Positions 37,773 to 47,365 of a DNA stretch of 60,193 bases are shown piece by piece. The translations under genes and the position numbers were made by a program. The DNA comes from Burkholderiales bacterium (lineage in GTDB: Bacteria; Pseudomonadota; Gammaproteobacteria; Burkholderiales; Burkholderiaceae_C): the NCBI GenBank assembly GCA_947462175.1, contig CANHOE010000001.1, positions 1 through 60,193 of the forward strand. Direction: 5' to 3'. How positions within the stretch are numbered: position 1 is the stretch's first letter; each line of letters opens with the position of its first letter. A model generated the notes under the pieces. It ran no database searches. It was not told where the DNA came from and worked only from the letters and a program-made list of their open reading frames with translations.

Positions 37773-38419
37773 TCTACCAGTCGGTCAACCTGGCTGTCTT
37801 TCACTGCATTCCGAACGGCACGCGAAGCCTGCTCGACATCGGTTGCGGTGGCGGTGTGTTCGGTGCTGCAGTCAAGTCCGAGATGCCCTGCTCCGTTGTG
37901 GGAGTGACCTACAGCGACGCCGAGGCAGCGCGGGCCGGGCAGCATCTGGACCAGGTTGAGGTCGCTGACCTGAATCATTTCGACCCCGCGGTACTGGGCC
38001 GCTTTGATTGCATCGTTTGCTCGCACGTGCTTGAGCATCTGATCGATCCGCAACTGGTCCTAAGGCGTTTGCGAGCCTGTCTGGAGCCGACGGGAACGCT
38101 CATCGTGGCGTTGCCGAACGTGGTGTTCTGGAAGCAGCGGATCGATTTCTTGCGCGGGCGCTTCCGCTACACCGAGGGCGGTCTGATGGACCGCACGCAT
38201 GTCCGCTTCTTCGATTGGCACAGCGCCGATCAACTGGTTCGCGAGGCTGGTTTCGAGGTGGTCGAGCGAGTGGCCGATGGCGTGTTTCCGCTGTCGCGGC
38301 TGTTCGGGCCGGCGCTGTCTGGGCGCATCAACCGTGCGGCGCTTCGGCGGTTTCCAGGGCTGTTCGGCGTCCAGTTCGTGCTGGTCGGCCAGATGCCCGG
38401 CCTTGTCACATCGAGCTGA
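37769..38419 (+). CDS. Class I SAM-dependent methyltransferase
   Basis: An ATGA overlap joins it to the upstream gene. It carries motif I (LLDIGCGGGVFG) and ..FDCIVCSHVLEHL... Confidence 0.8.
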   Translation: MIYQSVNLAVFHCIPNGTRSLLDIGCGGGVFGAAVKSEMPCSVVGVTYSDAEAARAGQHLDQVEVADLNHFDPAVLGRFDCIVCSHVLEHLIDPQLVLRRLRACLEPTGTLIVALPNVVFWKQRIDFLRGRFRYTEGGLMDRTHVRFFDWHSADQLVREAGFEVVERVADGVFPLSRLFGPALSGRINRAALRRFPGLFGVQFVLVGQMPGLVTSS

Positions 38420-38429
38420 CGCTCAAACC

Positions 38430-39383
38430 ATGTCCCGTGCACTCGTCAGCATCGTCATCGCGACCTACCAGTCGCGCCACGATCATCTGTCGGCGGCCAT
38501 TGCCAGTGCGCTTGGCCAGACCTGGGAGTCGATCGAGATCATCGTTTGCGACGACTCGCCCAACGACGCGCTGGCCGCCTTCGTGACCGGCTTCGGCGAT
38601 CCGCGCCTGCGCTACCGACACAATGCGCCGCCGCTCGGCGTCGCCCGCAACCACTGGGTGTCGTTCACTGAGGCAAGGGGCGAGTATCTGGTGGTGCTGA
38701 ACCACGACGACTGGCTGGCACCCACCTTCGTCGAGCAGCTGGCGCAGGCCTTGCACCAGCAGCCCGATGCGGTGCTGGCGTTTTGCGATCACTGGATCAT
38801 CGACGTGCGGGGTCGGCGGCGGGATGCCGATACTGATCGCAACTCCGATGCCTGGGGGCGCGCGCAGCTGGCGCCGGGCATGCACTGTCCGTTTCCCGCA
38901 CTGGTGGCCGAGCAGACCATCCCGATGGCGATGGGGGCGCTGTTTCGCCGTTCGGCATTGCCGCGGACGCTGCCTGCTGATGCGGGGCCTGCGTATGACC
39001 TGTGGTTGGCGTACCTGCTGTGCCGCGACGGCGGGGGCGCCTGGTATGTACGCAAGCGCCTGAGTGCCTGGCGAAGCCACGCAGACAACCTGACCAGTGG
39101 TGGCGGGCTCGCCTGGCTCAAGGGGTCGGCGACGTGCTGGCAGGCCATGTCGAGGGATCCGTTGTTCCGCTCTCTGAATCACATCACGCGTCGCAAGGCA
39201 GCGCTGGGTTTCTACGGCTGTGCGGTGCGAGCCTGGACTGACGGGCAGCGTCTGGCCTGCGCCGGATTTGCGCTGCGCTCCGTGCAAGCTCAACTGACGC
39301 TGCGGGGTCTGCTCGCCTGCCTGTTGCCTGTATTGCCAACGAATCTCCCCCTGACGCGCCTGTCTGGCCGGCGGGCAGTCTGA
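38430..39383 (+). CDS. Glycosyltransferase, GT2 family
   Basis: It shows VSIVIATYQSRHDHLSAAIASALGQT, then IIVCDDSP and NHDD. Confidence 0.8.
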   Translation: MSRALVSIVIATYQSRHDHLSAAIASALGQTWESIEIIVCDDSPNDALAAFVTGFGDPRLRYRHNAPPLGVARNHWVSFTEARGEYLVVLNHDDWLAPTFVEQLAQALHQQPDAVLAFCDHWIIDVRGRRRDADTDRNSDAWGRAQLAPGMHCPFPALVAEQTIPMAMGALFRRSALPRTLPADAGPAYDLWLAYLLCRDGGGAWYVRKRLSAWRSHADNLTSGGGLAWLKGSATCWQAMSRDPLFRSLNHITRRKAALGFYGCAVRAWTDGQRLACAGFALRSVQAQLTLRGLLACLLPVLPTNLPLTRLSGRRAV

Positions 39384-39448
39384 GATGACAGGCCGGGGGC
39401 GCAGGTCAAGCGATGGATCTTGAGCGTGGCAGTTGATCGGCCTTCTTG

Positions 39449-40642
39449 ATGAACCTGGTATTGCATACCCACCCCGAATATCTTGGGCTGAAGAGTCAGG
39501 ACCACTTCGCACGGTCCCTGGCACAGGCATTCCGCCAGCGCGGGCACGAGGTCGAAGTGCGTCGACCGCAGGCGAGGGTGCGGCGCTGGTTCAGCGCGGG
39601 CCCCTTGAGCAAATGGGCCGGCTACATCGACCAGTACGTGCTGTTTCCGCGTCAGATGCGCGCGGCTTTGCAGCGCGATCCGCCCGGCACGCTGTACGTG
39701 TTCTGCGACCAGGCCCTGGGCCCTTGGGTGCCCATGGTGGCGCACCGGCCTCATGTGGTCCATTGCCACGACCTGCTGGCGCTGTGCTCGGCACTCGGCC
39801 TGACTCCCGAAAGCCGAACCTCGTTGACGGGGCGTGTCTACCAGCGCTACATCCGTCGCGGATTTCGGCAGGCCCGGCATTTCATCTCGATCTCGCAACA
39901 CACCCGCGACGACCTGCACCGCTATGCCGGCGTCAAGCCGATCACGTCAGAGGTCGTCTACAACGGCCTGAACCACCCCTACCAGCCCGTTTCGCCCGAG
40001 GTGCTGCGGCAGCGCCTGCTGCAAGCCGGGCTGCCGGCAGACGAGGCGCGCTGTGTGCTGCATGTGGGCGGAGGCCAGTGGTACAAGAACAGCGTCGGTG
40101 TGGTGCTGCTGTACGCCAGTTATGTGCGCGATGCACTGAAGGTGGGTGACACGCCGCGGCCCCTGTGGATGGTCAGCCCGCCACCCAATGCCGCCCTGCG
40201 CGCAGCCCTGACTCAGGTGCCGGCAGAGGGCACGGTGCGATTCTTCCGTGGCGTTGACGCCGACACGCTGGAGGCGCTTTACTCGCACGCCGAGGTGCTC
40301 TTGTTTCCGAGCCTGGCCGAAGGCTTCGGCTGGCCGATTGCAGAAGCACTGGCCTGTGGCTGCGCTGTCATCACCACCGATGCGGCACCGATGACGGAAG
40401 TCGGCGGCGATGCGGCCTTTTACCTGCCGCGGCTTGAGCCGACCGACCATGTGGACCTGTGGGCGAATGGGGGCGCGAGGGTTCTCCTGCAGGTGTTGAA
40501 TCGCTCTAGCGCTGAGCGAGAAAGGTGGGCAGCGAATGGCCTGGAGCGGGCCAGGCGCTTTACCGCCGATGTGGCCATCGATGCTTACCTGTCCATCTAC
40601 CAGCGTGTGCTGACGATGGAGGCCTCGAGTGGAGCCACATGA
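39449..40642 (+). CDS. Glycosyltransferase, GT4 family
   Basis: It starts at ATG 39449, with an in-frame TTG at 39446. The C-terminal E-x7-E region reads LLFPSLAEGFGWPIAEALACGCAVITTD. Confidence 0.8.
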   Translation: MNLVLHTHPEYLGLKSQDHFARSLAQAFRQRGHEVEVRRPQARVRRWFSAGPLSKWAGYIDQYVLFPRQMRAALQRDPPGTLYVFCDQALGPWVPMVAHRPHVVHCHDLLALCSALGLTPESRTSLTGRVYQRYIRRGFRQARHFISISQHTRDDLHRYAGVKPITSEVVYNGLNHPYQPVSPEVLRQRLLQAGLPADEARCVLHVGGGQWYKNSVGVVLLYASYVRDALKVGDTPRPLWMVSPPPNAALRAALTQVPAEGTVRFFRGVDADTLEALYSHAEVLLFPSLAEGFGWPIAEALACGCAVITTDAAPMTEVGGDAAFYLPRLEPTDHVDLWANGGARVLLQVLNRSSAERERWAANGLERARRFTADVAIDAYLSIYQRVLTMEASSGAT

Positions 40643-40729
40643 TGCGGGTCACACTGTTCGCGAACATGTGAAGTCCATCGCGGTCGATCCAGACTGGATT
40701 GACAAAGGTTTTTTCGAGGTTCCCCACAA

Positions 40730-41668
40730 GTGAAAGGCCCTCGCTGGCGATGGGTCGCATTGGGCGTCATCTCGCTGCTTGGTCTGACCGAGTCCGTGAT
40801 CCGCCAGGCTGGCGCCATCAGCTTCCCGGTCTATGTGCGCAGTGCCGAGTTCGGATACGCCCCGGGCCGCAACCAGCAGGGGACATTCCTTGCCACCAAT
40901 CGCTGGGTCTTCAATGACCGAGGCATGGGCGTTGAAAGACCGTGGAATCCAAGCAAGCTGACCGACATCCTGTTGATCGGCAACAGCATTGTCATGGGAG
41001 GCAATCCGTACGACCATAAGGACAAGCTGACGCCGCAACTTCAGGCCCGGTTGGGCAACGATTGCCCCGTCTGGCCCGTGGCTGCGGGGGGGTGGTCAAC
41101 TGTCAATGAGATGCGCTTCCTTCAGGCCAACCCGGATTTGATGACGGGTACGGACTTCTTCATCTGGGCGCAGATGCCTGGCCAGATGCAAGCGCTCAAC
41201 CCGTGGGTGAGCGAAAACGTCCACCCGACGCAGGCCCCTCTCTGGGCCACTGGGTATGTTGTCCGCAAGGCGCTTGCGGCCCGATTCCCAAGCACCGGGC
41301 CTCCAGCGTTGATTGCTCCAGCAGACCTGTCGGCGCACCATCAGAAGCTCGATGAACTGCTCGGCCGCCTGGTGCATTCCAGCAAGCGTCGACCAGCGGG
41401 GATGATTTTTCTGTATCCGGACCGGGCGCAGCTGTTACGAGCCATGGCAGGAAAGGAATGGCTCGAAGACAGGCAGTACCTTCAACGCATGGCCGAGGCT
41501 CACGGCATCATGCTCATCGACGTCACGCGCTTTCCGCAGTGGAACGAGTTGCTCTACAAGGATCCCGTGCACCCCACGGCCGAGGGCAATGCCGTACTCG
41601 CAGCGATTCTGGCCCGTGCCCTTCAGGCGGCAGGAGCCCTTCCGGACTGCACAAAAAATCATCGCTGA
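40730..41668 (+). CDS. Membrane-anchored SGNH/GDSL-like hydrolase-fold protein
   Basis: It has a GTG start and an N-terminal TM (WRWVALGVISLLGL). Block I is GDS-like (ILLIGNSIVMGGN) and block V is DxxH (KDPVHPTAEGNAVLAAIL). Confidence 0.6.
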   Translation: MKGPRWRWVALGVISLLGLTESVIRQAGAISFPVYVRSAEFGYAPGRNQQGTFLATNRWVFNDRGMGVERPWNPSKLTDILLIGNSIVMGGNPYDHKDKLTPQLQARLGNDCPVWPVAAGGWSTVNEMRFLQANPDLMTGTDFFIWAQMPGQMQALNPWVSENVHPTQAPLWATGYVVRKALAARFPSTGPPALIAPADLSAHHQKLDELLGRLVHSSKRRPAGMIFLYPDRAQLLRAMAGKEWLEDRQYLQRMAEAHGIMLIDVTRFPQWNELLYKDPVHPTAEGNAVLAAILARALQAAGALPDCTKNHR

Positions 41669-42900
41669 TCCAGCCAATCGGGGTGCATCAAAAGCCAGCC
41701 CAAAGCACCGGTCGCCAGGAGTGCACCAACCCGTGCGAAAGGAGCGTAGCGTGCCGGCCCGACGGACCGAGCGGGCTTTTCGACGAGCTCGCAGGTCAGT
41801 GCGGCCAGGACAACGCTGGTGATCAGGATGGTGATTCGCAGCTCTTGCGTGAGGGCGACACCCATCACGATCGGGAACGACAACAAGGGCCAATGCCACA
41901 GGTAGAGCGGGTAGCTGATGCCGCCATAAAAGCGCAGGATCGGATGTGACAGAAAGCACCTGTTGACCGTCACTTCGGGGCCTGAGGCCAGCAACGCGAA
42001 GGTGCCAAGCGTGGGCAGCAGAGCCCACCAGCCTGGCACCTGAACGGAGCCGGTTATCAACCACAGCGATGCGCCAAGCAGGCCAATACCCGACCAAGCC
42101 ATCAAGTTTGAGGCGTGCTGCTGCGCCAGCTGGCTTCGGACCAGCCTGGTCTGGATCCACGCCACCGGGCCACCGCCGCCTTTCGCGGTCAAACCGGCCA
42201 GCAGCGCGCCGACCATCAACTCCCACGCTCGCGACGGCAGCAGCAGAGAAGTGGCGTCTGGATCGCTTTCGATGAGGGTGAGATTCAATACCAGCGAGCA
42301 GATCAACAGTGCGCCCACCCAACCGACGACCGATCGCCCCGAACGCAGCAGCCAAACCATGACCATCGGCCACACCAAGCAGAACTGCGCCAGGAATGCC
42401 AGGGCCCAGATGTGGAACAGCGGTGTGCTGTCCGAACCGAAGCCGGGCGTTGCAGCGTCTCGCCAAAACATGAAGTTAGAGGCGAAAAAGGTCGCCGATA
42501 CGACGTGTTTACCGAACTGACGTGCCGCTTCGGGTGAGGTGAACAACCAGCTGAAGGCGACGCAGAACAGCAGCACCAGGCAAAGCGACGGCACGATCCG
42601 TTGAATCCGGCGGGCATAGAACGCGGGCAGATCGGCGTGGCCTCCAGCATGGACGCTGAGCAGGCTGCGTGTGATGAGAAAGCCCGATATGACGAAGAAC
42701 ATGTCGAGCCCGACCAGACCGCCACCACGGCCCCATTGCGGGAACATGTGCACCGCCATCAGCGACAACACGGCGAGTCCACGAAGCCCCTCGATGTCCG
42801 ATCGCAGAGGCGATGCCTGATCGGGTACGACCACTGCCCGCTGGGTCGGAGCGGCGCTGATCCAATGGGATATCTCGGACAACAGCGGCACGCGAATCAT
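41659..42900 (-). CDS. Acyltransferase family 3 (AT3/OafA-like) integral membrane O-acyltransferase
   Basis: It has the AT3 N-terminal motif (RSDIEGLRGLAVLSLMAVH...MFFVISGFLIT) and about 10 TM helices. The start is placed at ATG 42900. Confidence 0.8.
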   Translation of the reverse strand: MIRVPLLSEISHWISAAPTQRAVVVPDQASPLRSDIEGLRGLAVLSLMAVHMFPQWGRGGGLVGLDMFFVISGFLITRSLLSVHAGGHADLPAFYARRIQRIVPSLCLVLLFCVAFSWLFTSPEAARQFGKHVVSATFFASNFMFWRDAATPGFGSDSTPLFHIWALAFLAQFCLVWPMVMVWLLRSGRSVVGWVGALLICSLVLNLTLIESDPDATSLLLPSRAWELMVGALLAGLTAKGGGGPVAWIQTRLVRSQLAQQHASNLMAWSGIGLLGASLWLITGSVQVPGWWALLPTLGTFALLASGPEVTVNRCFLSHPILRFYGGISYPLYLWHWPLLSFPIVMGVALTQELRITILITSVVLAALTCELVEKPARSVGPARYAPFARVGALLATGALGWLLMHPDWLDQR

Positions 42901-42973
42901 GGGTGGCTGGAGGCTGCCTGTGTGGAGTGACACACCTTGCGTTTTCAGCAACCAAATGTATGCACCGATCAAG

Positions 42974-43984
42974 TCAGTTTGCTGCCGACCTCGCGTCGCC
43001 TGGTGATCCGATCGGGCTGGCCCGTTTCCAGGCTTCCAACATCATCGATACCACTTCGGGCATGCCGTACTCGGCCTTCCAGCCAAGCGTTTGCGCTGCC
43101 AGGCCGGGGTCGGCCTGGCTCACCAGCAGCTCGTTCGGGCGTGACAGCGCCGTGGTCTGGTCAACGTGGTCATGCCAGTTCAACCCCAGGAGGCGGAAGG
43201 TGGTTTCGACGAACGATTCCAATGAGTGGGTCTGCCCGGTGGCGATCACCAGGTCGACCGGCCTCGGGTGCTGCAGCATCCGGTGCATGGCCCGCACGTA
43301 CTCTGGTGCCCAGCCCCAGTCGCGCGCGATGTCAATGCGCCCAAGTTGCAGCCGCTCTGGTGAGCCGCTGGCAATGCGGCAGGCCGTCGAAATGATCTTT
43401 TGGGTGACGAAGCGAGCCGGTCGCAACGGCGACTCGTGGTTGAACAGAATGCCACTGCAGGCATGCAGGCCGTAGGCCTCGCGGTAGTTGTGCACCAGCC
43501 AGTAGGCTGAAGCCTTGGCGACCGCATAGGGGCTGCGTGGGCGGAAGGGCGTTTGTTCATCGGCGGGTTCTCCGCCGGTATCGCCGAAGCATTCGCTCGA
43601 CCCGGCGTGATAGAGGCGCACCGGTTGATCGGCCAGGCGGCAGGCCTCGAGCATGTTCAGCGTGCCAAGAACGACGCTTTGCAGCGTCTCTGCCGGCAGC
43701 TCGAAAGAAAGCCCGACCGACGACTGACCGGCCAGGTAATACACCTCGTCCGGACGCGATGCCCGAAGCGCCACGAAGACGCTGCGGAAGTCTTCTGGAA
43801 CCATTGAAAGCACGCGTACTTGTGCGCGGATACCCAGCTTCTGCAAGTTGCCAAATGCCGAGCCCTCCGCGTCGCGGGAGGTCCCCCAGACCTCATAACC
43901 GCATTCGAGCAGCCACTGCGCGAGATAAGAGCCGTCCTGGCCACTGACGCCACAGATCAGCGCGCGGCGTGCGGGTTCAGGCAT
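42974..43984 (-). CDS. GDP-mannose 4,6-dehydratase-like SDR, short-form paralog
   Basis: It shows ALICGVSGQDGSYLAQWLLECGYEVWG, then AGSSE, SPYAVAK, ILFNHESP and RDWG. It overlaps the upstream gene by 8 nt (ATGCCTGA). Confidence 0.75.
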   Translation of the reverse strand: MPEPARRALICGVSGQDGSYLAQWLLECGYEVWGTSRDAEGSAFGNLQKLGIRAQVRVLSMVPEDFRSVFVALRASRPDEVYYLAGQSSVGLSFELPAETLQSVVLGTLNMLEACRLADQPVRLYHAGSSECFGDTGGEPADEQTPFRPRSPYAVAKASAYWLVHNYREAYGLHACSGILFNHESPLRPARFVTQKIISTACRIASGSPERLQLGRIDIARDWGWAPEYVRAMHRMLQHPRPVDLVIATGQTHSLESFVETTFRLLGLNWHDHVDQTTALSRPNELLVSQADPGLAAQTLGWKAEYGMPEVVSMMLEAWKRASPIGSPGDARSAAN

Positions 43985-45068
43985 GGGTGACTTCCTTGAT
44001 GGTGTTGGCTTGGCAGAGCTCGGCGAATGCTCGCGCTTGAAGGCTTGATGTGTGCTGGCAGTACCAGGTGCGTGCAGCATCGGCCATGGTTTGACGTGCG
44101 TGTGCGCTGCCCGGGAACGATGCGCCGTTGTCCAGGGTCACGAAGTGTTCGCCGTCGCGAAGACCGTCAGCGCCTGCTTCTGCAGCGGCAGTGTTGAGTG
44201 CGTTACAGCCGTGTGCTGCATACGCTGCGAACACGGTCGATTTGCCAAGGTACCTTGGCGGGTAGTCGATCAAGCCGTAGACCGATTGTTCAAGCAGAGC
44301 TTGCAGCTCTGCCGTGTCCATCCGGCCCATGAATCGATGTCTCATGTCACTGGCGATTCCTCCGTAGGGCTCGCCTGAGCCCACTTCAATCACCTCGGTC
44401 ACCCCGTGTTGTCGCAACTGCGCCGCGTGGCGCGGCAATCGAGCCAGCGCGCGATGGCGCGTTGACTGGGCGCCGAAAACCACCAACTGCAAGCGCCGCT
44501 GGGTTGTTGGCGGGACGATGTCCGGCTCACCGATGGTCGAGAACACCGGCTGCATGGCGACTTCCACGGTGTTGCCGACCTGCGCCGCCAACCAACGACG
44601 ATGCCCTCCTGTGTTGGTCCAGAGTCCGTCGCTTCGCCGCGCGATGCTGCCAGCGATCCAGGCTTGCAAGCCCGACAGCCAGAACGCCGATCTCCAAGGT
44701 GGCCCGGAGGCAAACAACTCGTGGAACATCGTCACGACACGCAAGTCGGTCCCGAGGCATTGCCTGGCACTGTCGATCTGTTGCAACAACCAGAAGCAAA
44801 GCCCGCGTGGTTGAAATCCATAGCCCGAGAAATGCAATAGCAATGTGCACGGGCGACCTCCCGAATCGATCAATTCCTGCAGTCGAGATGTCAGCGACTT
44901 TTGCCTTGCGTCGGCCTGCGAGAGGGCAATGAGGTGATCCACAAGACCTGCATCACGCCAATGTCTGCTCAGACCCTCGGCATAGTCACGCACGCCACCA
45001 GTGCCAGGCGCAAGCAACTGCACCAAGGTGCGCTGCCTCGGGGGGGCGTCTGTGGGGTTTGATGTCAT
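43977..45068 (-). CDS. Hypothetical protein, possibly a GT-B-fold glycosyltransferase
   Basis: The product is 363 aa. The C-terminal half is loosely GT-B-like (RLQLVVFGAQS...GKSTVFAAYAAHGCNALNT...DGEHFVTLD). There is no clear signature motif. Confidence 0.4.
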   Translation of the reverse strand: MTSNPTDAPPRQRTLVQLLAPGTGGVRDYAEGLSRHWRDAGLVDHLIALSQADARQKSLTSRLQELIDSGGRPCTLLLHFSGYGFQPRGLCFWLLQQIDSARQCLGTDLRVVTMFHELFASGPPWRSAFWLSGLQAWIAGSIARRSDGLWTNTGGHRRWLAAQVGNTVEVAMQPVFSTIGEPDIVPPTTQRRLQLVVFGAQSTRHRALARLPRHAAQLRQHGVTEVIEVGSGEPYGGIASDMRHRFMGRMDTAELQALLEQSVYGLIDYPPRYLGKSTVFAAYAAHGCNALNTAAAEAGADGLRDGEHFVTLDNGASFPGSAHARQTMADAARTWYCQHTSSLQARAFAELCQANTIKEVTHA

Positions 45069-45120
45069 GACACGTCCGACGTTCGGGAGGTCTGTTGCAG
45101 CAGGTAGCACAGGCCGAGGG

Positions 45121-46725
45121 TCAGGGCACCGTGACGGTGGTGGCCGTCAGGCTGTCTGCCACCCCGAGATTGAAGGAATAGACCCGGGACCCCGAGGCCT
45201 GAACGTTGCCCGCGGTGGAGCGTGCGAGAAATGCCAGGCCTAACGATGTCGGCCCGCCGTTAGCACTGGCGTAGCCGGTGTCGCTGCCGAAATCGGCCAG
45301 CTCTGGCAGGGCCCCCAACACGCGATTGATGCCGGTGGCACTGTCGTAGGTTTCCAGTGTGGCCCCGTTGAACCCGCTGGCACTGCTGTAGTCGCTGGCG
45401 TAGATGAAGCGGCTGCGGCTTTCGCTGGTGTCGAAGCTGACGGTACTGGCCTCGGCCACGACGATCGGGAAGCCACCGGGGCGGTTCAGCAGCGAGGTGC
45501 TGCTGGCCTCGTCGATGAAATCGATCGTGTAGGCGGCACCAGGGGTACCGTAGTCGGCGACCCGCTGCAGCAGGTGGACGCCGTTGGCGCTGGTCTGCAC
45601 CGACGGGAACACACTCAGCCCGTAGCTGGCGTAGGCGGCGCTGCCGCTGACCTTGTCGACGCGTGCCAGCAGGTTATCGGTCTCATCAAACAAGGTCAGG
45701 AACAGTACGTTACTGCCCATGCTGGCCACCGTCACGAGGCCCGTGCCAGAGGCGAGTACAGATGCGACCGGCGCTGTGCGCGTGATGCGCAGCACCGTCC
45801 AGGTCGATGGCGGGGTCTGGTTGGCGTTGCGGTAGACGTAGTAAGCGTTGGCGTCGAAGCCAAGCAGTTGCCAACCGCCGCCGCTGGTCAGCGTCGCGCC
45901 CAATGATGTTTCGGTGGACGAGGTGCCGCCGGAGAAGTCGAGTACGCTGAGCTGGGTGCTGTCTTCCACCAGCGATGAGCGGTAGGTGTCGGTGATCACC
46001 CGCGTGACCGCCGGGGCGCTGTTGGCGCGTATCGGGAAGGCACTGCCGGTGCCGCTGTTCCACAGCACCACGCTGCGCGGGTAGATCCAGCCGCGTGGCG
46101 CCAGCGTGGAGGGGTCGCGCACCACGCCAAGCGGCGCGTCACTACCGATGGGCGCGTAGACGACACCGCCGTCGCTCGTCAGCCGCACTTCGGCGCGACC
46201 ATCGTCGCTGGTGTTGCACGTACCGTCGGCGCCCGCGCTGGAAACGATGAAGCGTGAATTCAATGGCGCTGCGTTGTCGTCGGCCGCCAGCTTGAAACGA
46301 CACGCTGACGTTGACCCGGCGCGTTGAACCCGCGATGCCGGTGCGGTGCCATTGGCCTGCATCGGCAGCAGGCGCACATCGCCGCCGACGATGTAGACCA
46401 GCGAATGCGGCTGGAGGCCCGTGACCTGCAGGCCGCTGGTGTTGACGGTTCCGCCCGACAGCAGACTGGCATCGCTGACGTTCGAATTGGCGATCTCGAT
46501 CGCGTATTCGGTATTCGCCTTTGATGTGTGTACCAAGGACAATCCGTAGCTGAGCGCACCGGTCGCCCCGCTGGCTTTCAGTATCCAGCCGAACGCACCT
46601 GCCGATGGATAGCTAACAGGCTTGCCGCCTGATCCCCCCCCACTTCCACCGCCCCCTCCGCAGCCAGGCAGTGCGAGCACACCGGTGAGCAGCGCGAGAC
46701 GGCACAGCGAAAGGCGACGATTCAT
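45121..46725 (-). CDS. Lipoprotein, function unknown, beta-rich
   Basis: ATG 46725 gives a lipobox (LTGVLALPGC) followed by a Gly/Ser linker (GGGGGSGGGSGGKP). No family was recognised. Confidence 0.6.
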   Translation of the reverse strand: MNRRLSLCRLALLTGVLALPGCGGGGGSGGGSGGKPVSYPSAGAFGWILKASGATGALSYGLSLVHTSKANTEYAIEIANSNVSDASLLSGGTVNTSGLQVTGLQPHSLVYIVGGDVRLLPMQANGTAPASRVQRAGSTSACRFKLAADDNAAPLNSRFIVSSAGADGTCNTSDDGRAEVRLTSDGGVVYAPIGSDAPLGVVRDPSTLAPRGWIYPRSVVLWNSGTGSAFPIRANSAPAVTRVITDTYRSSLVEDSTQLSVLDFSGGTSSTETSLGATLTSGGGWQLLGFDANAYYVYRNANQTPPSTWTVLRITRTAPVASVLASGTGLVTVASMGSNVLFLTLFDETDNLLARVDKVSGSAAYASYGLSVFPSVQTSANGVHLLQRVADYGTPGAAYTIDFIDEASSTSLLNRPGGFPIVVAEASTVSFDTSESRSRFIYASDYSSASGFNGATLETYDSATGINRVLGALPELADFGSDTGYASANGGPTSLGLAFLARSTAGNVQASGSRVYSFNLGVADSLTATTVTVP

Positions 46726-46780
46726 GGGGCGGGTCCGGCGGCGCGATAGCGACAACTGCGTGGGACTCAAGGCTCGGCTT

Positions 46781-47365
46781 TCAGCGTGCGTCGCGTTGCA
46801 GAACGGTAAAGCGCTGCAGCACACGCGGCACATAGGCCATCGTCTCGGCATAGGGTGGAATCCTGCCGTGGTGGCGTGTCACGGCTTCGGCGCCAGCGTT
46901 GTAGGCTGCCAGCGCCAGTGCCTTGTCCTGGCCAAAGCGATTGAGCAGCCGCCTCACGTGCTGCGCGCCCGCCTCGATGTTCTGGCGTGGGTCGAAGGCG
47001 TCGGTGACGCCATAGTCACGCGCGGTGCTGGGCATCAGCTGCATCAAACCCATGGCACCGCGCGACGACACCGCCTTTACGGCGAAGCCGGATTCGACGT
47101 CGATCATGGCGTGCAGCAGCGCAGGTTCGATGTTGTGGGCGGCAGCCGCCTGATTGATGAGGCGAGACAGTCCTGCAGTGGCATGCAAACCTGGGTGGCC
47201 CTTGGCGATCTTCGGTGGCACTGCCGATGCGGGGCTACGGTTCGACAGGTGGATGGCCTCGACACCGTCGCCGACCAGATACACCTCATCGGGCGGCGAA
47301 GTGGCGCCCACCGCCTGCACCGCAACTCCCAAGACACAGCACCCCACCCACCGCTGCCAACTCAT
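46781..47365 (-). CDS. Lytic transglycosylase (SLT domain)
   Basis: It has a signal peptide and the SLT catalytic block (LLHAMIDVESGF...GAMGLMQLMPSTARDYGV...AYNAG). The start is ATG 47365, with an in-frame TTG at 47383. Confidence 0.8.
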   Translation of the reverse strand: MSWQRWVGCCVLGVAVQAVGATSPPDEVYLVGDGVEAIHLSNRSPASAVPPKIAKGHPGLHATAGLSRLINQAAAAHNIEPALLHAMIDVESGFAVKAVSSRGAMGLMQLMPSTARDYGVTDAFDPRQNIEAGAQHVRRLLNRFGQDKALALAAYNAGAEAVTRHHGRIPPYAETMAYVPRVLQRFTVLQRDAR

